Below, piece after piece: positions 17,680 through 28,039 of a stretch of 64,000 nucleotides of DNA (position 1 is the first letter of the stretch; each line of letters begins with the position of its first letter). The translations under genes were made by a program, and so were the position numbers. This DNA is from an uncultured Clostridia bacterium (GTDB taxonomy: Bacteria; Bacillota; Clostridia; Lachnospirales; CAG-274). The notes beneath the pieces are model-generated. The model was not told where the DNA came from and ran no database searches. It saw only the letters and a program-made list of their open reading frames with translations. The stretch covers positions 74,826 through 138,825 of the forward strand of contig CALWSK010000003.1 in assembly GCA_944384195.1 (NCBI GenBank), in the 5' to 3' direction.

Positions 17680-18711
17680 TCATTGTTTTTGTATACGATT
17701 TTTATATACATACATCATTAAAAGCAAAATAGCAAAAAATATAAATACCACAATAGTAGCCTTATAATCTTGTATTGCTATAAGTATAGCTATAGTGGCA
17801 CTAAAAAGACTAAGCCCATATAGTATCATTACTGCTTGTTTATGAGTATATCCACTATCTATAAGCCTATGATGAAGATGCCCTCTATCTGCTGACATAA
17901 GAGGTTTTCTATTTATTGCTCTTCTTATCATAGCAAAAAGAGTATCAAAAATAGGAAGAGCCAAAACTAATATGGATATAACTATAGATAATACAGCATA
18001 GCTTTTATATACACCTATACAAGAGGTAACTGCTAGCACATATCCTAAAAATGTTGCTCCAGTATCCCCCATATATATTTCTGCTGGACTAAAATTTCTA
18101 GGCAAAAATCCAAGACAAGAGCCGGCTAAAGTAGCAGTAAGTACAACCGCAAGGCTACTTCCAGATATAATGCAAAGTATCATAAGACATAAAGATGCTA
18201 TAGAAGATACACCTGCAGCAAGTCCATCCACTCCATCTATAAGGTTTACGGCATTAACAACGCCTAATATCCATACCATCGTGATTATAGCATTAAATGG
18301 TCTTAAATATTGCCAAAAAGGCCAAGACATAACATCTATTCTAGTTCCAGAAAATACTACTATAAGAGCCACTAAAATTTGTACTACAAATTTTATTTTT
18401 GCACTAAGCTCGTATATATCATCAAATATGCCAAGTATTACTATTAATATACCACCTAATAAAAATCCATAAAACTGCCTTGTATGAAAATCTTTTACAA
18501 AAAAAGATAATATAAGTACAGTTATTAAAAATGCTAAAAATATAGCAAGGCCTCCCATTCTTGGCATAGGCTCTTTATTAAGCCCCCTAGATTTAGGATA
18601 ATCTATGGCTTTTAACTTATAAGATATTTTTTTCGCTAAAGGTGTTGTAAGCATAGCTACTGCAAATGATATAGAAAAAGCAGATAAATATAACAACCAA
18701 TTATGCTCCAA
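17680..18711 (-). CDS. undecaprenyl-phosphate GlcNAc-1-phosphate transferase (glycosyltransferase family 4, TagO/WecA-like)
   Basis: Polytopic membrane protein; PRMGG, GIFDD, NLIDGVDG, YMGDTG, HLHHRL. Confidence 0.9.
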   Translation of the reverse strand: MEHNWLLYLSAFSISFAVAMLTTPLAKKISYKLKAIDYPKSRGLNKEPMPRMGGLAIFLAFLITVLILSFFVKDFHTRQFYGFLLGGILIVILGIFDDIYELSAKIKFVVQILVALIVVFSGTRIDVMSWPFWQYLRPFNAIITMVWILGVVNAVNLIDGVDGLAAGVSSIASLCLMILCIISGSSLAVVLTATLAGSCLGFLPRNFSPAEIYMGDTGATFLGYVLAVTSCIGVYKSYAVLSIVISILVLALPIFDTLFAMIRRAINRKPLMSADRGHLHHRLIDSGYTHKQAVMILYGLSLFSATIAILIAIQDYKATIVVFIFFAILLLMMYVYKNRIQKQ

Positions 18712-18749
18712 ACCAAAACCTCCTTATATATAAATCCAAGATTTATATA

Positions 18750-19379
18750 TTATTTTGTGCCAAATATTCTATCTCCTGCATCTCCAAGGCCAGGAATAAT
18801 ATATCCATGTTCATTAAGTCTTTCGTCTAAAGAAGCTGTATATATTTCTACATCTGGATGAGCTTCTGCCACCTTCTTAACTCCTTCTGGACAAGCTATA
18901 AGACATAAAAATTTTATATTTTTAAATCCACGTTCTTTTATAAATTGCATAGCTGCTATAGCAGTACCTCCTGTTGCAAGCATAGGGTCTAACAAAAGTA
19001 TATCTGTATTATCTGGTTCTGTAGAAGGTAATTTACAATAATATTCTACTGGCATAAGACTTTCTGGATCTCGGTATAAACCAATATGTCCAATGCTAGC
19101 ATTAGGTATAAGATTTAATATACCATCTACCATACCAAGTCCAGCTCTTAATATAGGTACAATACCTACTTTTTTGCTAAGCACATTTCCCTTTGTTTTG
19201 CAAAGTACAGACTCTACTTCTACTTCCTTAGTTTCTAAATCTTTAGTTGCTTCATAGCATATAAAACTAGCTATTTCAGAAACAAGCTCTCTAAATTCTT
19301 TATTTCCTGTATTTATATCTCTTAGCATAGCAACTTTGCTTTGAACCACCGGATGATTTACTATGTATAATTTTTCCAC
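18750..19379 (-). CDS. upp: uracil phosphoribosyltransferase
   Basis: [38 protein letters not shown]. Start probably GTG 19379 after AGGTGA; the track uses 19388. Confidence 0.96.
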   Translation of the reverse strand: MEKLYIVNHPVVQSKVAMLRDINTGNKEFRELVSEIASFICYEATKDLETKEVEVESVLCKTKGNVLSKKVGIVPILRAGLGMVDGILNLIPNASIGHIGLYRDPESLMPVEYYCKLPSTEPDNTDILLLDPMLATGGTAIAAMQFIKERGFKNIKFLCLIACPEGVKKVAEAHPDVEIYTASLDERLNEHGYIIPGLGDAGDRIFGTK

Positions 19380-19391
19380 TATAATCACCTA

Positions 19392-19820
19392 CTATCCTTC
19401 TATCATTTCTATTCTTCTTTTATGTCTTTCTTCATTAGAAAAAGGAGTATTTAAAAATGTTTCTACTATTTCTAGAGCAAGCCCTACTCCTACTACACGC
19501 TCACCTATAGCTAATATATTAGCATCATTATGCTCTCTAGTTGCTTTAGCAGAAAATACATCGTGGCAATGGGCCGCTCTTATTCCTTTTACTTTATTAG
19601 CCACTATGCTAACTCCTATACCAGTACCACAAACTAATATTCCTTTTTCTAAAATATTATTAGAAACATCTTCTGCTACTTTTCTTGCATAAATAGGATA
19701 ATCCACCGCATCTGTAGAATATGTTCCATAGTCTTTATATTCTATATTATTATTTTCTAAATATTTTATTATTTCGTTTTTAAGATTAAATCCACCGTGA
19801 TCACAAGCAACACCTATCAT
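19392..19820 (-). CDS. rpiB: ribose-5-phosphate isomerase B
   Basis: CDHGG, VDYP, CGTGIGVSIVANKVKGIRAA, REHNDAN, RHKRRI. Confidence 0.95.
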   Translation of the reverse strand: MIGVACDHGGFNLKNEIIKYLENNNIEYKDYGTYSTDAVDYPIYARKVAEDVSNNILEKGILVCGTGIGVSIVANKVKGIRAAHCHDVFSAKATREHNDANILAIGERVVGVGLALEIVETFLNTPFSNEERHKRRIEMIEG

Positions 19821-19890
19821 AGCTACACCTTACTAGATTATATCTAGTATTTTCCTTTCTGTTTATTAGTCTTCCCTTAAGTATTCTTTA

Positions 19891-20934
19891 TTAAACCTTT
19901 ATTATATTATCTCCGGCCGCTTTTTTTAGTCTATTCATAATGGCAAGCCCTACTTCTTCCTCATCAAAAGCTTCTATATATACTTTATCTAAACCTAGCT
20001 CATCACACTTTCTAAGCACAGCAAATAAATTTTTAGCCACAGTATCTGCCTTAGACAAATCGCCTATAGTCAAATACTCTTTATAAAAATGAGCTGTTTG
20101 TTCATACACAATAGGCAAAGATTTAATACCTAATTTTTCATCTTCTTCTAAATTTTTATTTATAAAGCTTACTATTTTTTCCTTATCGCCCTTTATTAAA
20201 ACAACTTTAGCTTTAGGAGAATAATGTTTATATTTCATACCTGGAGCTTTAGCTTTTATATTTTTATCTACTATTCCTTTATCTATCTCAACATCGCCAA
20301 ATTCTTTTAACATAAGCTTAGTTATGCTTCCTGGTCTTAATATAACTATCTTATCTTCTATAACCTGTACAACAGTAGATTCTATACCAAATCCACAAGA
20401 ACCTCCATCTATTATCATATCTATTTTTCCGTCCAAATCTTCTAAAACGTGTTTTGCAAGAGTTGGACTTGGTTTTGTGGAAGTATTAGCGCTAGGTGCT
20501 GCAAGAGGAAATCCACATTCTCTTATAACAGCCCTTGCTATATTATTTTTAGGCATCCTTATAGCTACAGTATCTAAACCTCCTGAAACAGTTTTAGGAA
20601 TAAGTTTATTTTTCTTAAATACTATAGTAAGAGGGCCTGGCCAAAATTTGTCTATCAATTTAAATTCAATATCTGAAAGTTGTTTTCCTATTAGTCCATA
20701 GACTTCTCTTTTTTCAGCTATATGAACAATAAGTGGATTATCAGATGGTCTTCCCTTAGCTTCATATATTTTCTTAGCTGATTCCTCACAAAGAGCATTA
20801 GCAGCAAGTCCGTACACCGTTTCTGTAGGTATAGCAACAAGCCCCTTGTTTTTTAAAATATTAGCCGCCTCTTTTAAGGCGACTAAATTTTCTTCTGGAT
20901 TTTCGTTGTTTATCTTAATAAATTTTGTTTCCAA
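19891..20934 (-). CDS. sua5: L-threonylcarbamoyladenylate synthase (Sua5/YwlC type)
   Basis: PTETVYGLAA, KGRPSDNPLIVH, FWPGPLT, APSAN, APGMKYKHYSP. Start probably TTG 20934, one base after the SEC-C gene stop and preceded by GGAG. Confidence 0.93.
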   Translation of the reverse strand: METKFIKINNENPEENLVALKEAANILKNKGLVAIPTETVYGLAANALCEESAKKIYEAKGRPSDNPLIVHIAEKREVYGLIGKQLSDIEFKLIDKFWPGPLTIVFKKNKLIPKTVSGGLDTVAIRMPKNNIARAVIRECGFPLAAPSANTSTKPSPTLAKHVLEDLDGKIDMIIDGGSCGFGIESTVVQVIEDKIVILRPGSITKLMLKEFGDVEIDKGIVDKNIKAKAPGMKYKHYSPKAKVVLIKGDKEKIVSFINKNLEEDEKLGIKSLPIVYEQTAHFYKEYLTIGDLSKADTVAKNLFAVLRKCDELGLDKVYIEAFDEEEVGLAIMNRLKKAAGDNIIKV

Positions 20935-20935
20935 A

Positions 20936-21433
20936 TTATTTCGCTCCACAACATTTTTTGTATTTTTTGCCACTTCCACAAGGACAAGGATCGTTTCTTT
21001 CTATTTTAGGCTCTCTTATATATGTTCTAGAGCTTTTTTGACCTCTATATAAAGCTTTCATTTCATCTTCTGTAAAAATATTTTTCCATTGTGGAAGATT
21101 ATAAAGATGGTCTGCTTTATATTCTACCATTTTTTTATATAAAGTTTCAAAATCTATTTTAATGCAAACTTCAGAGCTTTCCTCAAGTTTTTGAAGATCT
21201 ATTTTAGGTTCTTGTGTATCATTTATTCCATCTATAAAACCTACAATATATTCAACAGACATATCAAATTTTTCTGAAAGTTGTTTTACTGTTCCTTCAA
21301 GCTTTTCTACTTTATTTTCCAAGATATATTCATATACTTTTTGTTCTCTTGGCATAAAGTCGCTCCAAACAACATTATTTATAGTTCCATTTTGTGCGTA
21401 TGCTTTTTTAAACCAATTTTCATATAAACTCAT
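20936..21433 (-). CDS. SEC-C motif-containing protein
   Basis: C-terminal [18 protein letters not shown] zinc-binding motif; strong SD AAGGAGG. Confidence 0.85.
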   Translation of the reverse strand: MSLYENWFKKAYAQNGTINNVVWSDFMPREQKVYEYILENKVEKLEGTVKQLSEKFDMSVEYIVGFIDGINDTQEPKIDLQKLEESSEVCIKIDFETLYKKMVEYKADHLYNLPQWKNIFTEDEMKALYRGQKSSRTYIREPKIERNDPCPCGSGKKYKKCCGAK

Positions 21434-21620
21434 AATTAGTCCTCCTTAAAAACCATTTTATAAATTTTATATATTTTTTCTTGTTTTTATTTTAAATCTT
21501 ATATATTTTACACTAAAATTTGGGATATGTCTATATAAATATACTAAAAACAATAATTTTAACATACATTATTTATTATTATACCCTATTTTTACTTATT
21601 ATACAACCAAAACAAATCGT

Positions 21621-22976
21621 CTAGCCTAAAGCCACTTTTAAAAGTTCTTCCACATTTTTAACTGGCAAAAGCTTAATTCCCTTTATCTGCTCTAATTCCT
21701 TCATATTGTCTTTAGGAAGTATAACTGTTTCAAAACCAAGCTTTATAGCCTCATTTACTCTTTTTTCACAAAATGAAACAGCTCTTATCTCTCCAGATAG
21801 CCCAATTTCCCCAAATATTAACATATTAGATGCTATAGGTTTATTTTTATAGCTAGAAGCTATAGAACAAATAACAGATGCATCTAAGGAAGGCTCTACA
21901 ATTTTTATACCCCCTGCAAGATTTATATATACATCATAAGAGGCAAGCTGTAAGTTTAGCTTTTTCTCAAGGACTGCTATTAGCAAAATAACTCTATTAT
22001 AGTCCATACCTGTAGCCATTCTTCTAGGTATATTAAATGTTGTGTAGCTTACCAAAGATTGTACCTCCGCAAGTATAGGTCTTGTCCCCTCTATACTGCA
22101 AGTAACGCTAGAACCAGCAACTTCTAAAGGCCTACCAGATAACATATACTCTGATGGATTTTCTATTTCTACAAGCCCGGCTTGTCTCATTTCAAATACG
22201 CCTATCTCATTAGTAGAACCAAAACGATTTTTAACAGCTCTTAATATTCTGTAGCTTGCCATTCTCTCGCCCTCAAAATATAATACAGTATCTACCATAT
22301 GCTCAAGTATCCTAGGGCCTGCTATAGCTCCATCTTTAGTAACGTGTCCTACTATAAACATAGATATATTTTTACCTTTAGCAAGACGCATTATCTTAGC
22401 AGTACACTCTCTAACTTGTGTTACGCTCCCTGGGGCAGAAGACAATTCTTCTAAAAATATAGTTTGTATAGAATCTATAATTACTAAGTCTGGCATAAGC
22501 TCTATTATTGCATTTTCTATAGTATTAAAATTTATTTCTGCTAAAAGAAGTAAATTTTTAGTATCTATATTTAATCTAAGTGCTCTTAGTTTTATCTGTT
22601 TTGCAGACTCTTCCCCCGATATATAGAGAATTTTTTTATCTTGCTCCCCTATATACTGACATATTTGTAAAAGTAAAGTAGATTTTCCTATACCAGGGTC
22701 GCCTCCTACTAAAGTTAAAGAACCTTGCACTATTCCACCGCCAAGTACCCTATCTAGCTCCTTTATCTTAGTCTTAGTCCTTACCTCATCAAGACAAGCT
22801 ATACTATCAAGAGCTAAAGCCTTAGAGCTACTATTTGATATGGCCTTACTAGTTGTCTTTTCCACAATTTCTTCAGAAAATGTAGAAAAGCTATTACAAG
22901 AAGGACACTTTCCAAGCCATTTTCCAGTTTCATAGCCACATTCTTGACATATATATTTTGTTTTTATCTTAGCCAT
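21621..22976 (-). CDS. radA: DNA repair protein RadA/Sms
   Basis: C4 zinc finger CQECG...CPSC, Walker A GDPGIGKST, KNRFG motif, Lon-like C-terminus. Confidence 0.96.
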   Translation of the reverse strand: MAKIKTKYICQECGYETGKWLGKCPSCNSFSTFSEEIVEKTTSKAISNSSSKALALDSIACLDEVRTKTKIKELDRVLGGGIVQGSLTLVGGDPGIGKSTLLLQICQYIGEQDKKILYISGEESAKQIKLRALRLNIDTKNLLLLAEINFNTIENAIIELMPDLVIIDSIQTIFLEELSSAPGSVTQVRECTAKIMRLAKGKNISMFIVGHVTKDGAIAGPRILEHMVDTVLYFEGERMASYRILRAVKNRFGSTNEIGVFEMRQAGLVEIENPSEYMLSGRPLEVAGSSVTCSIEGTRPILAEVQSLVSYTTFNIPRRMATGMDYNRVILLIAVLEKKLNLQLASYDVYINLAGGIKIVEPSLDASVICSIASSYKNKPIASNMLIFGEIGLSGEIRAVSFCEKRVNEAIKLGFETVILPKDNMKELEQIKGIKLLPVKNVEELLKVALG

Positions 22977-22992
22977 AAATATCCTCCTTATT

Positions 22993-25116
22993 TTAATCTA
23001 TCTTAATACTACCATTTTCTAATAAACTACAAGATATAATCTTTTCAGTATTATTTATCTTAGATTTTATATTATCTAACCTTTTATTTTCTATAAGCTT
23101 TTTAGCCATATCTTTATTTATAAATAAACCATATTTTTCAATACTATTTTTCCATAAAGTAAATTTACACCCTTGTTTCCAACTAGAACAATAATAAGCC
23201 TTGCTATTTTCTAATATATCACTTCCACATTTGGGGCATTTAGCTATTATCTCTACATTTGTAGGCTTTTTATTCTTTTTAGATATAATATCACTTTTTT
23301 CAAACTTTATATCTATATCACTATTTTTAGCAAAATCTACTAAAAAGTTTACATATCTATTTATACTAGTCATAAACCTATCTGGGTTCATATCCCCTTT
23401 AGATATACTTACTAGCCCTTTTTCCCATTTTCCTGTTGTTTCTGGGGATTTTAGCTCCTTAGGTACTATTTTTATAAGATTTTTACCCTTTTGTGTTGGT
23501 ATAAGGCTTTTTTTATCTCTTGTTACATATCCTATGCTTATAAGCCTTTCTATTATAGAAGCTCTTGTAGCAGGAGTTCCAAGCCCTCCATCTTTAAGAC
23601 TTTCTTTTATATTTTCATCTTCTACAAACCTACCCGCATTTTCCATAGCAGATAACAAGCTAGCCTCATCATAATAAGGAGGTGGTGTTGTTTTTTTCTC
23701 AAGTATTTCTAAATTTTCTAATTTTACTATATCACCTTTAGATACTCTAGGTAATTTTGCTTCCTTTTTCTCTTTTTCATCTTTACCTTTGAAATTAAGC
23801 TCTGTAAAACCTTTTTGTATAACAGTTATACCCTTTGTTAAAAAGTTATACTCATCTACTTTAGTAATTATCTTTGTACTTTGATATATATACTTAGGAT
23901 AAAAAACTGCTAAAAACCTACGTGCTATAAGTGTAAATACATTTTTTTCTTCTTGTGAGAGATTATTAAGCTTTATATTACTTATAGTAGGTATTATAGC
24001 ATGATGGTCTGTTACTTTTTTATCATCTATTATACGTTTTGTTACAGGTAATTTTTCTAGGCTTAATACATAACTTGCATAAGATTTAAATTCTTCTGTA
24101 TCATTTAATTTTTCTAAGACTTTTCTTAATTTAGAGCTCATATCTTTAGATAAATATCTGCTATCTGTTCTAGGATAAGTTATAAGCTTACGTTTTTCGT
24201 ATAAATCTTGGGCTATAGATAAAGTTTTTTGTGCTGAATATGAAAATTTTTTATTACAATCCCTTTGAAGCTCCGTGAGGTCATATAAAAGTGGAGGTAA
24301 TAGCTCTTTATTTTTATTTTCTATATTTTCCACAACACCATCTTTATCTTTTATCTTATTTATTATATCTTCTATAGTCTGCTTTACAAATATTTTAGAA
24401 TTTTTATCCTTATCTATGTATATCCCCTTGTATGTTTCTTCAAAATCACAAGGTAAAAATTTAGCCTCTAGCTCAAAATATGGCTCTGGCTTAAAATTTT
24501 CTATTTCTTCTTGCCTAGTTACTAATATAGATAAAGTAGGAGTTTGCACTCTACCTATAGATAAAAGCTCATCAAATTTTAATGTAAATACTCTAGATGC
24601 ATTTATACCAACTAGCCAGTCTGCTTCTGAACGACATTTAGCCGATAAATATAAATTATCATATTCTTTACTATCTTTAAGATTTTTAAATCCCTCACTT
24701 ATAGCCTCATCTGTCATACTAGATATCCATAATCTTTTAAAAGGCTTTTTGCATTTTGTTATCTCATATATATATCTAAAAATTAACTCTCCCTCTCGTC
24801 CACTATCTGTAGCACAAATAAGACTATCTACTTCTTTTTTGTTTATAAGGCTAGATATTATCTTAAGTTGTTGTTTTGTTTTAGCTATAGGCTTTAGCTT
24901 TATCTGATTTGGTATTATAGGTAATGTATTTATGTTCCATCTTTTTAGCTTAATATCATATTCTTCTGGTTCACAAAGACTAACAAGGTGTCCAACAGCC
25001 CAAGTTATTATATATTTATCATTATAAATATATCCTTCTGCTTTGCTCTCACATTTTAACACCCTTGCTATATCTCTTGCTACTGATGGTTTTTCTGCTA
25101 TAACTAAAGTTTTCAT
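22993..25116 (-). CDS. topB: DNA topoisomerase III (type IA)
   Basis: IAEKPSVA, ATDSGREGE, GRVQTPTL, catalytic ITYPRTDS, GLGTPATRASIIE, C-terminal CPKC zinc ribbon. Confidence 0.92.
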   Translation of the reverse strand: MKTLVIAEKPSVARDIARVLKCESKAEGYIYNDKYIITWAVGHLVSLCEPEEYDIKLKRWNINTLPIIPNQIKLKPIAKTKQQLKIISSLINKKEVDSLICATDSGREGELIFRYIYEITKCKKPFKRLWISSMTDEAISEGFKNLKDSKEYDNLYLSAKCRSEADWLVGINASRVFTLKFDELLSIGRVQTPTLSILVTRQEEIENFKPEPYFELEAKFLPCDFEETYKGIYIDKDKNSKIFVKQTIEDIINKIKDKDGVVENIENKNKELLPPLLYDLTELQRDCNKKFSYSAQKTLSIAQDLYEKRKLITYPRTDSRYLSKDMSSKLRKVLEKLNDTEEFKSYASYVLSLEKLPVTKRIIDDKKVTDHHAIIPTISNIKLNNLSQEEKNVFTLIARRFLAVFYPKYIYQSTKIITKVDEYNFLTKGITVIQKGFTELNFKGKDEKEKKEAKLPRVSKGDIVKLENLEILEKKTTPPPYYDEASLLSAMENAGRFVEDENIKESLKDGGLGTPATRASIIERLISIGYVTRDKKSLIPTQKGKNLIKIVPKELKSPETTGKWEKGLVSISKGDMNPDRFMTSINRYVNFLVDFAKNSDIDIKFEKSDIISKKNKKPTNVEIIAKCPKCGSDILENSKAYYCSSWKQGCKFTLWKNSIEKYGLFINKDMAKKLIENKRLDNIKSKINNTEKIISCSLLENGSIKID

Positions 25117-25131
25117 ATTTTTCTCCTTAGC

Positions 25132-26286
25132 TTATATTGTGTCTAAAAATTGTCCTATACGTGCTAGAGCCTCTTTTATCTCTTCTATAGAATAGGCATA
25201 AGAGCAACGGATAAATCCCTCTCCGCTCTCTCCAAAAGCAGTCCCTGGAACAACGGCAACCTTGTTTTGATAAACTAATCTTTCACAAAATTCTTCGCTT
25301 TTTAATCCGGTACTTTCTATACTAGGAAACATATAAAAAGCTCCTTTAGGTTCAAAACAACTAAGCCCAAGCTTTTTAAATCCATCTAGCATAAATCTTC
25401 TTCTCATATTATATTCTTTTCTCATTTTTTCCACTTCTGACATACAATTTGTAAGAGCTTCTATACCGGCATACTGGCTCATAGTAGGAGCACACATTAT
25501 TATGTATTGATGAATTTTTGTCATAGCAGCTATTATATCTTTAGGACCGGTAGCAAATCCAAGACGCCAACCTGTCATAGCAAAGCTTTTTGAAAACCCG
25601 TTTAAAACAACTGTTTTATCTCTCATTCCTTCAATATTTGCTATAGAATAATGCTTATTATCATAAGTTAGCTCTGCATATATTTCATCACTTATTATAA
25701 GAATATCTTTATCTTTTAATACTTTTGCTATTTCTTCTAAATCTTCTTTTTCCATTATAGCTCCGGTAGGATTATTAGGATAAGATATTATTATGGCTTT
25801 TGTTTTTTCTGTTATCTTTCCTTCTAAATCTTCTTTTGTAAGCTTAAAATTGTTTTCTGATTTTGTAGATATAACAATAGGTACTCCACCACACATAGCA
25901 ACGCAAGGCTTATAAGATACAAAGCAAGGCTCTACTACTAAAACCTCGTCCCCTTTAGATAAAATAGCTCTAAGGGCTATATCTATACCTTCGCTAGCTC
26001 CTACAGTAACTAATACTTCGCTATTTGGGCAATATCTAACACCCATAAGTTTTTCCATATATTTAGATATTTCTTTTCTAAGCTCTAAAAGTCCGGCATT
26101 AGAAGTATAAGTAGTTTTTCCTTTTTCTAAAGTATAAATTGCTTTTTCGCTACAACTCCAAGGTGTATTAAAATCAGGCTCTCCCACACCAAGAGAAATA
26201 ACCCCCTCCACCTCGTTTGCTATATCAAAAAACTTTCTTATACCAGAATAAGGTATATCTTCTATATGTTTTGCTACTAAACTCAC
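25132..26286 (-). CDS. class I/II PLP-dependent aminotransferase (YugH-like)
   Basis: GVGEPDF, PNNPTG, SDEIY, GFSKSFAMTGWRLG. Confidence 0.92.
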   Translation of the reverse strand: MSLVAKHIEDIPYSGIRKFFDIANEVEGVISLGVGEPDFNTPWSCSEKAIYTLEKGKTTYTSNAGLLELRKEISKYMEKLMGVRYCPNSEVLVTVGASEGIDIALRAILSKGDEVLVVEPCFVSYKPCVAMCGGVPIVISTKSENNFKLTKEDLEGKITEKTKAIIISYPNNPTGAIMEKEDLEEIAKVLKDKDILIISDEIYAELTYDNKHYSIANIEGMRDKTVVLNGFSKSFAMTGWRLGFATGPKDIIAAMTKIHQYIIMCAPTMSQYAGIEALTNCMSEVEKMRKEYNMRRRFMLDGFKKLGLSCFEPKGAFYMFPSIESTGLKSEEFCERLVYQNKVAVVPGTAFGESGEGFIRCSYAYSIEEIKEALARIGQFLDTI

Positions 26287-26780
26287 GGAGATATTATTAT
26301 CCTTTCATCTTTTGGTGTGTTTTCGTCTATAATAACAGAATGGTCCTTATATTTTTTAAGAACAAAATGTGTAGAGCTACTAAGAACACAATCTAAAGTT
26401 GCTAGTTTATTTGATACAAAAGAAGAAACTTCTTTAATATTTTTGCCTTCTATAACTATAAGAAAATCAAATGTTCCAGACATAAGATAAAGATTTTTAA
26501 CTTCATCAAATTTATATATCCTCTTAGCTATACTCTCAAACCCTTGTTCTCTTTGTGGAGTAACCTTAACTTCTATAAGAGCAGTTACATAATCGCCCTC
26601 TTTTTCTGTTTTATCCCAATTTATAACTGCTGGATAACCACAAATTATTTTATCTTTTTCTAGCCTTGCTATAGTGTTTTCTATCTCTTCTTTTTCTTTT
26701 CCTAACATAATAGCTATATCTTCAGAAGATATCCTGCTATTTTTTTCTAAAATCTCTAGTATATCTTTTTCTAGCTCCAT
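26283..26780 (-). CDS. Lrp/AsnC family transcriptional regulator (YugG-like)
   Basis: N-terminal HTH and RAM domain (YLMSGTFDF); 4-nt overlap with the aminotransferase gene. Confidence 0.88.
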   Translation of the reverse strand: MELEKDILEILEKNSRISSEDIAIMLGKEKEEIENTIARLEKDKIICGYPAVINWDKTEKEGDYVTALIEVKVTPQREQGFESIAKRIYKFDEVKNLYLMSGTFDFLIVIEGKNIKEVSSFVSNKLATLDCVLSSSTHFVLKKYKDHSVIIDENTPKDERIIISP

Positions 26781-26791
26781 ATTACCCCACC

Positions 26792-27661
26792 TTATTTATA
26801 TTTTTTTATATATCCAAGCCCTATAGTAGTAGGACCTGTATGTGCCCCAATAGTAACCCCTATATCAAAAATAGGATATTTACATTTTATACCATATTTT
26901 TCCTCTAAAGCTTTCTCTAGCTCTTTAGCCTCTTCTAAACAATGAGAATGCCCTATAGCTATTTCATATTCTTTTATATCTTTTATATTTTCACCAAATA
27001 TTTTTAAAACTTCTGCTATAGATTTTTTCCTTCCTCTTACCTTAGAATGTGGTTCTAAAGAACCTTTTGTAAATAGTAAAATAGGTTTTATATTAAGAAG
27101 AGAACCTGCAAGAGCAGATGCTTTCCCTATTCTTCCTCCTTTTTGCAAATATTCTAAAGTATCTATAGTAAATACTATAAAGCTTTCATTTTTTATTTTT
27201 TCTATTTCTTCTATAGTTTGCTCTATACTAAAACCCTCTCTTTTCATTTTACAAGCTTCTATAACAAGTAATCCTTGAGCTACTGTAGCATTATTAGAAT
27301 CTATAGCAACTATCTTTCTTTCTGGATATTCTTCTTTTAAAATTTCTGCAGCATTTTTACAACTTTGGTAGGAACCACTAAGAGCAGAACATAAAGAAAA
27401 ACATAATATATCTTTTCCTTCTTCTAAATAAGGCTTAAATTTATTAATATAATCTTCTATAGATGGCAAAGAGGTTTTAGGAATTATTTTCTCTTCCTCT
27501 ATTGTCTCATAAAATTTGTTTATAGATATATCTACAGTTTCTTTTAGATAATTTTCTTTATCAAAAGAAATATAAAAAGGTACTGTTTTTATGTCATATT
27601 CATTTTTTAAAGTCTCTGGCAAGTCACAAGATGTATCTGAAAAAATTATATAATCATTCAT
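26792..27661 (-). CDS. DegV family fatty-acid-binding protein
   Basis: SDTSCDL, PKTSLP, LSGSYQS, LQKGGRIG, AHTGP. Start moved to ATG 27661 after GGAGG. Confidence 0.92.
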   Translation of the reverse strand: MNDYIIFSDTSCDLPETLKNEYDIKTVPFYISFDKENYLKETVDISINKFYETIEEEKIIPKTSLPSIEDYINKFKPYLEEGKDILCFSLCSALSGSYQSCKNAAEILKEEYPERKIVAIDSNNATVAQGLLVIEACKMKREGFSIEQTIEEIEKIKNESFIVFTIDTLEYLQKGGRIGKASALAGSLLNIKPILLFTKGSLEPHSKVRGRKKSIAEVLKIFGENIKDIKEYEIAIGHSHCLEEAKELEKALEEKYGIKCKYPIFDIGVTIGAHTGPTTIGLGYIKKYK

Positions 27662-27766
27662 AATAAAACCTCCCAAAATATTTTATATTCTAATTTTAAG
27701 GTTATGTATATTCTATGTCAATATATTTAAACATATCCACCTTATATTTAAAAATATTTATAGCTA

Positions 27767-27796
27767 ATATTTAAAGATATTTAAAGATATTTAAAG
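27767..27796. repeat. three exact tandem copies of ATATTTAAAG in a divergent intergenic region
   Basis: Copies at 27767, 27777 and 27787; degenerate copies at 27723, 27744 and 27754. Confidence 0.7.
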
Positions 27797-28039
27797 AAAA
27801 ACTATGAAAATTAAAGAATTGTTTTTTTATTTACTTATACTTTTTTTTATTATACCTAAATTTTACTTAGAAATAAGCATTTTTTTATAAATTTTTAGTT
27901 TTTTTTAATATATACAAGTATATATTATTTATAAATTTTCTTATTTCTTTGTAAAATATCTCTTTTTAAGCATTTGCATTAACATAATATGTTATGTTAT
28001 AATATAAAAAATTAAATTTATTTAGGAGTGTGATTTTAT

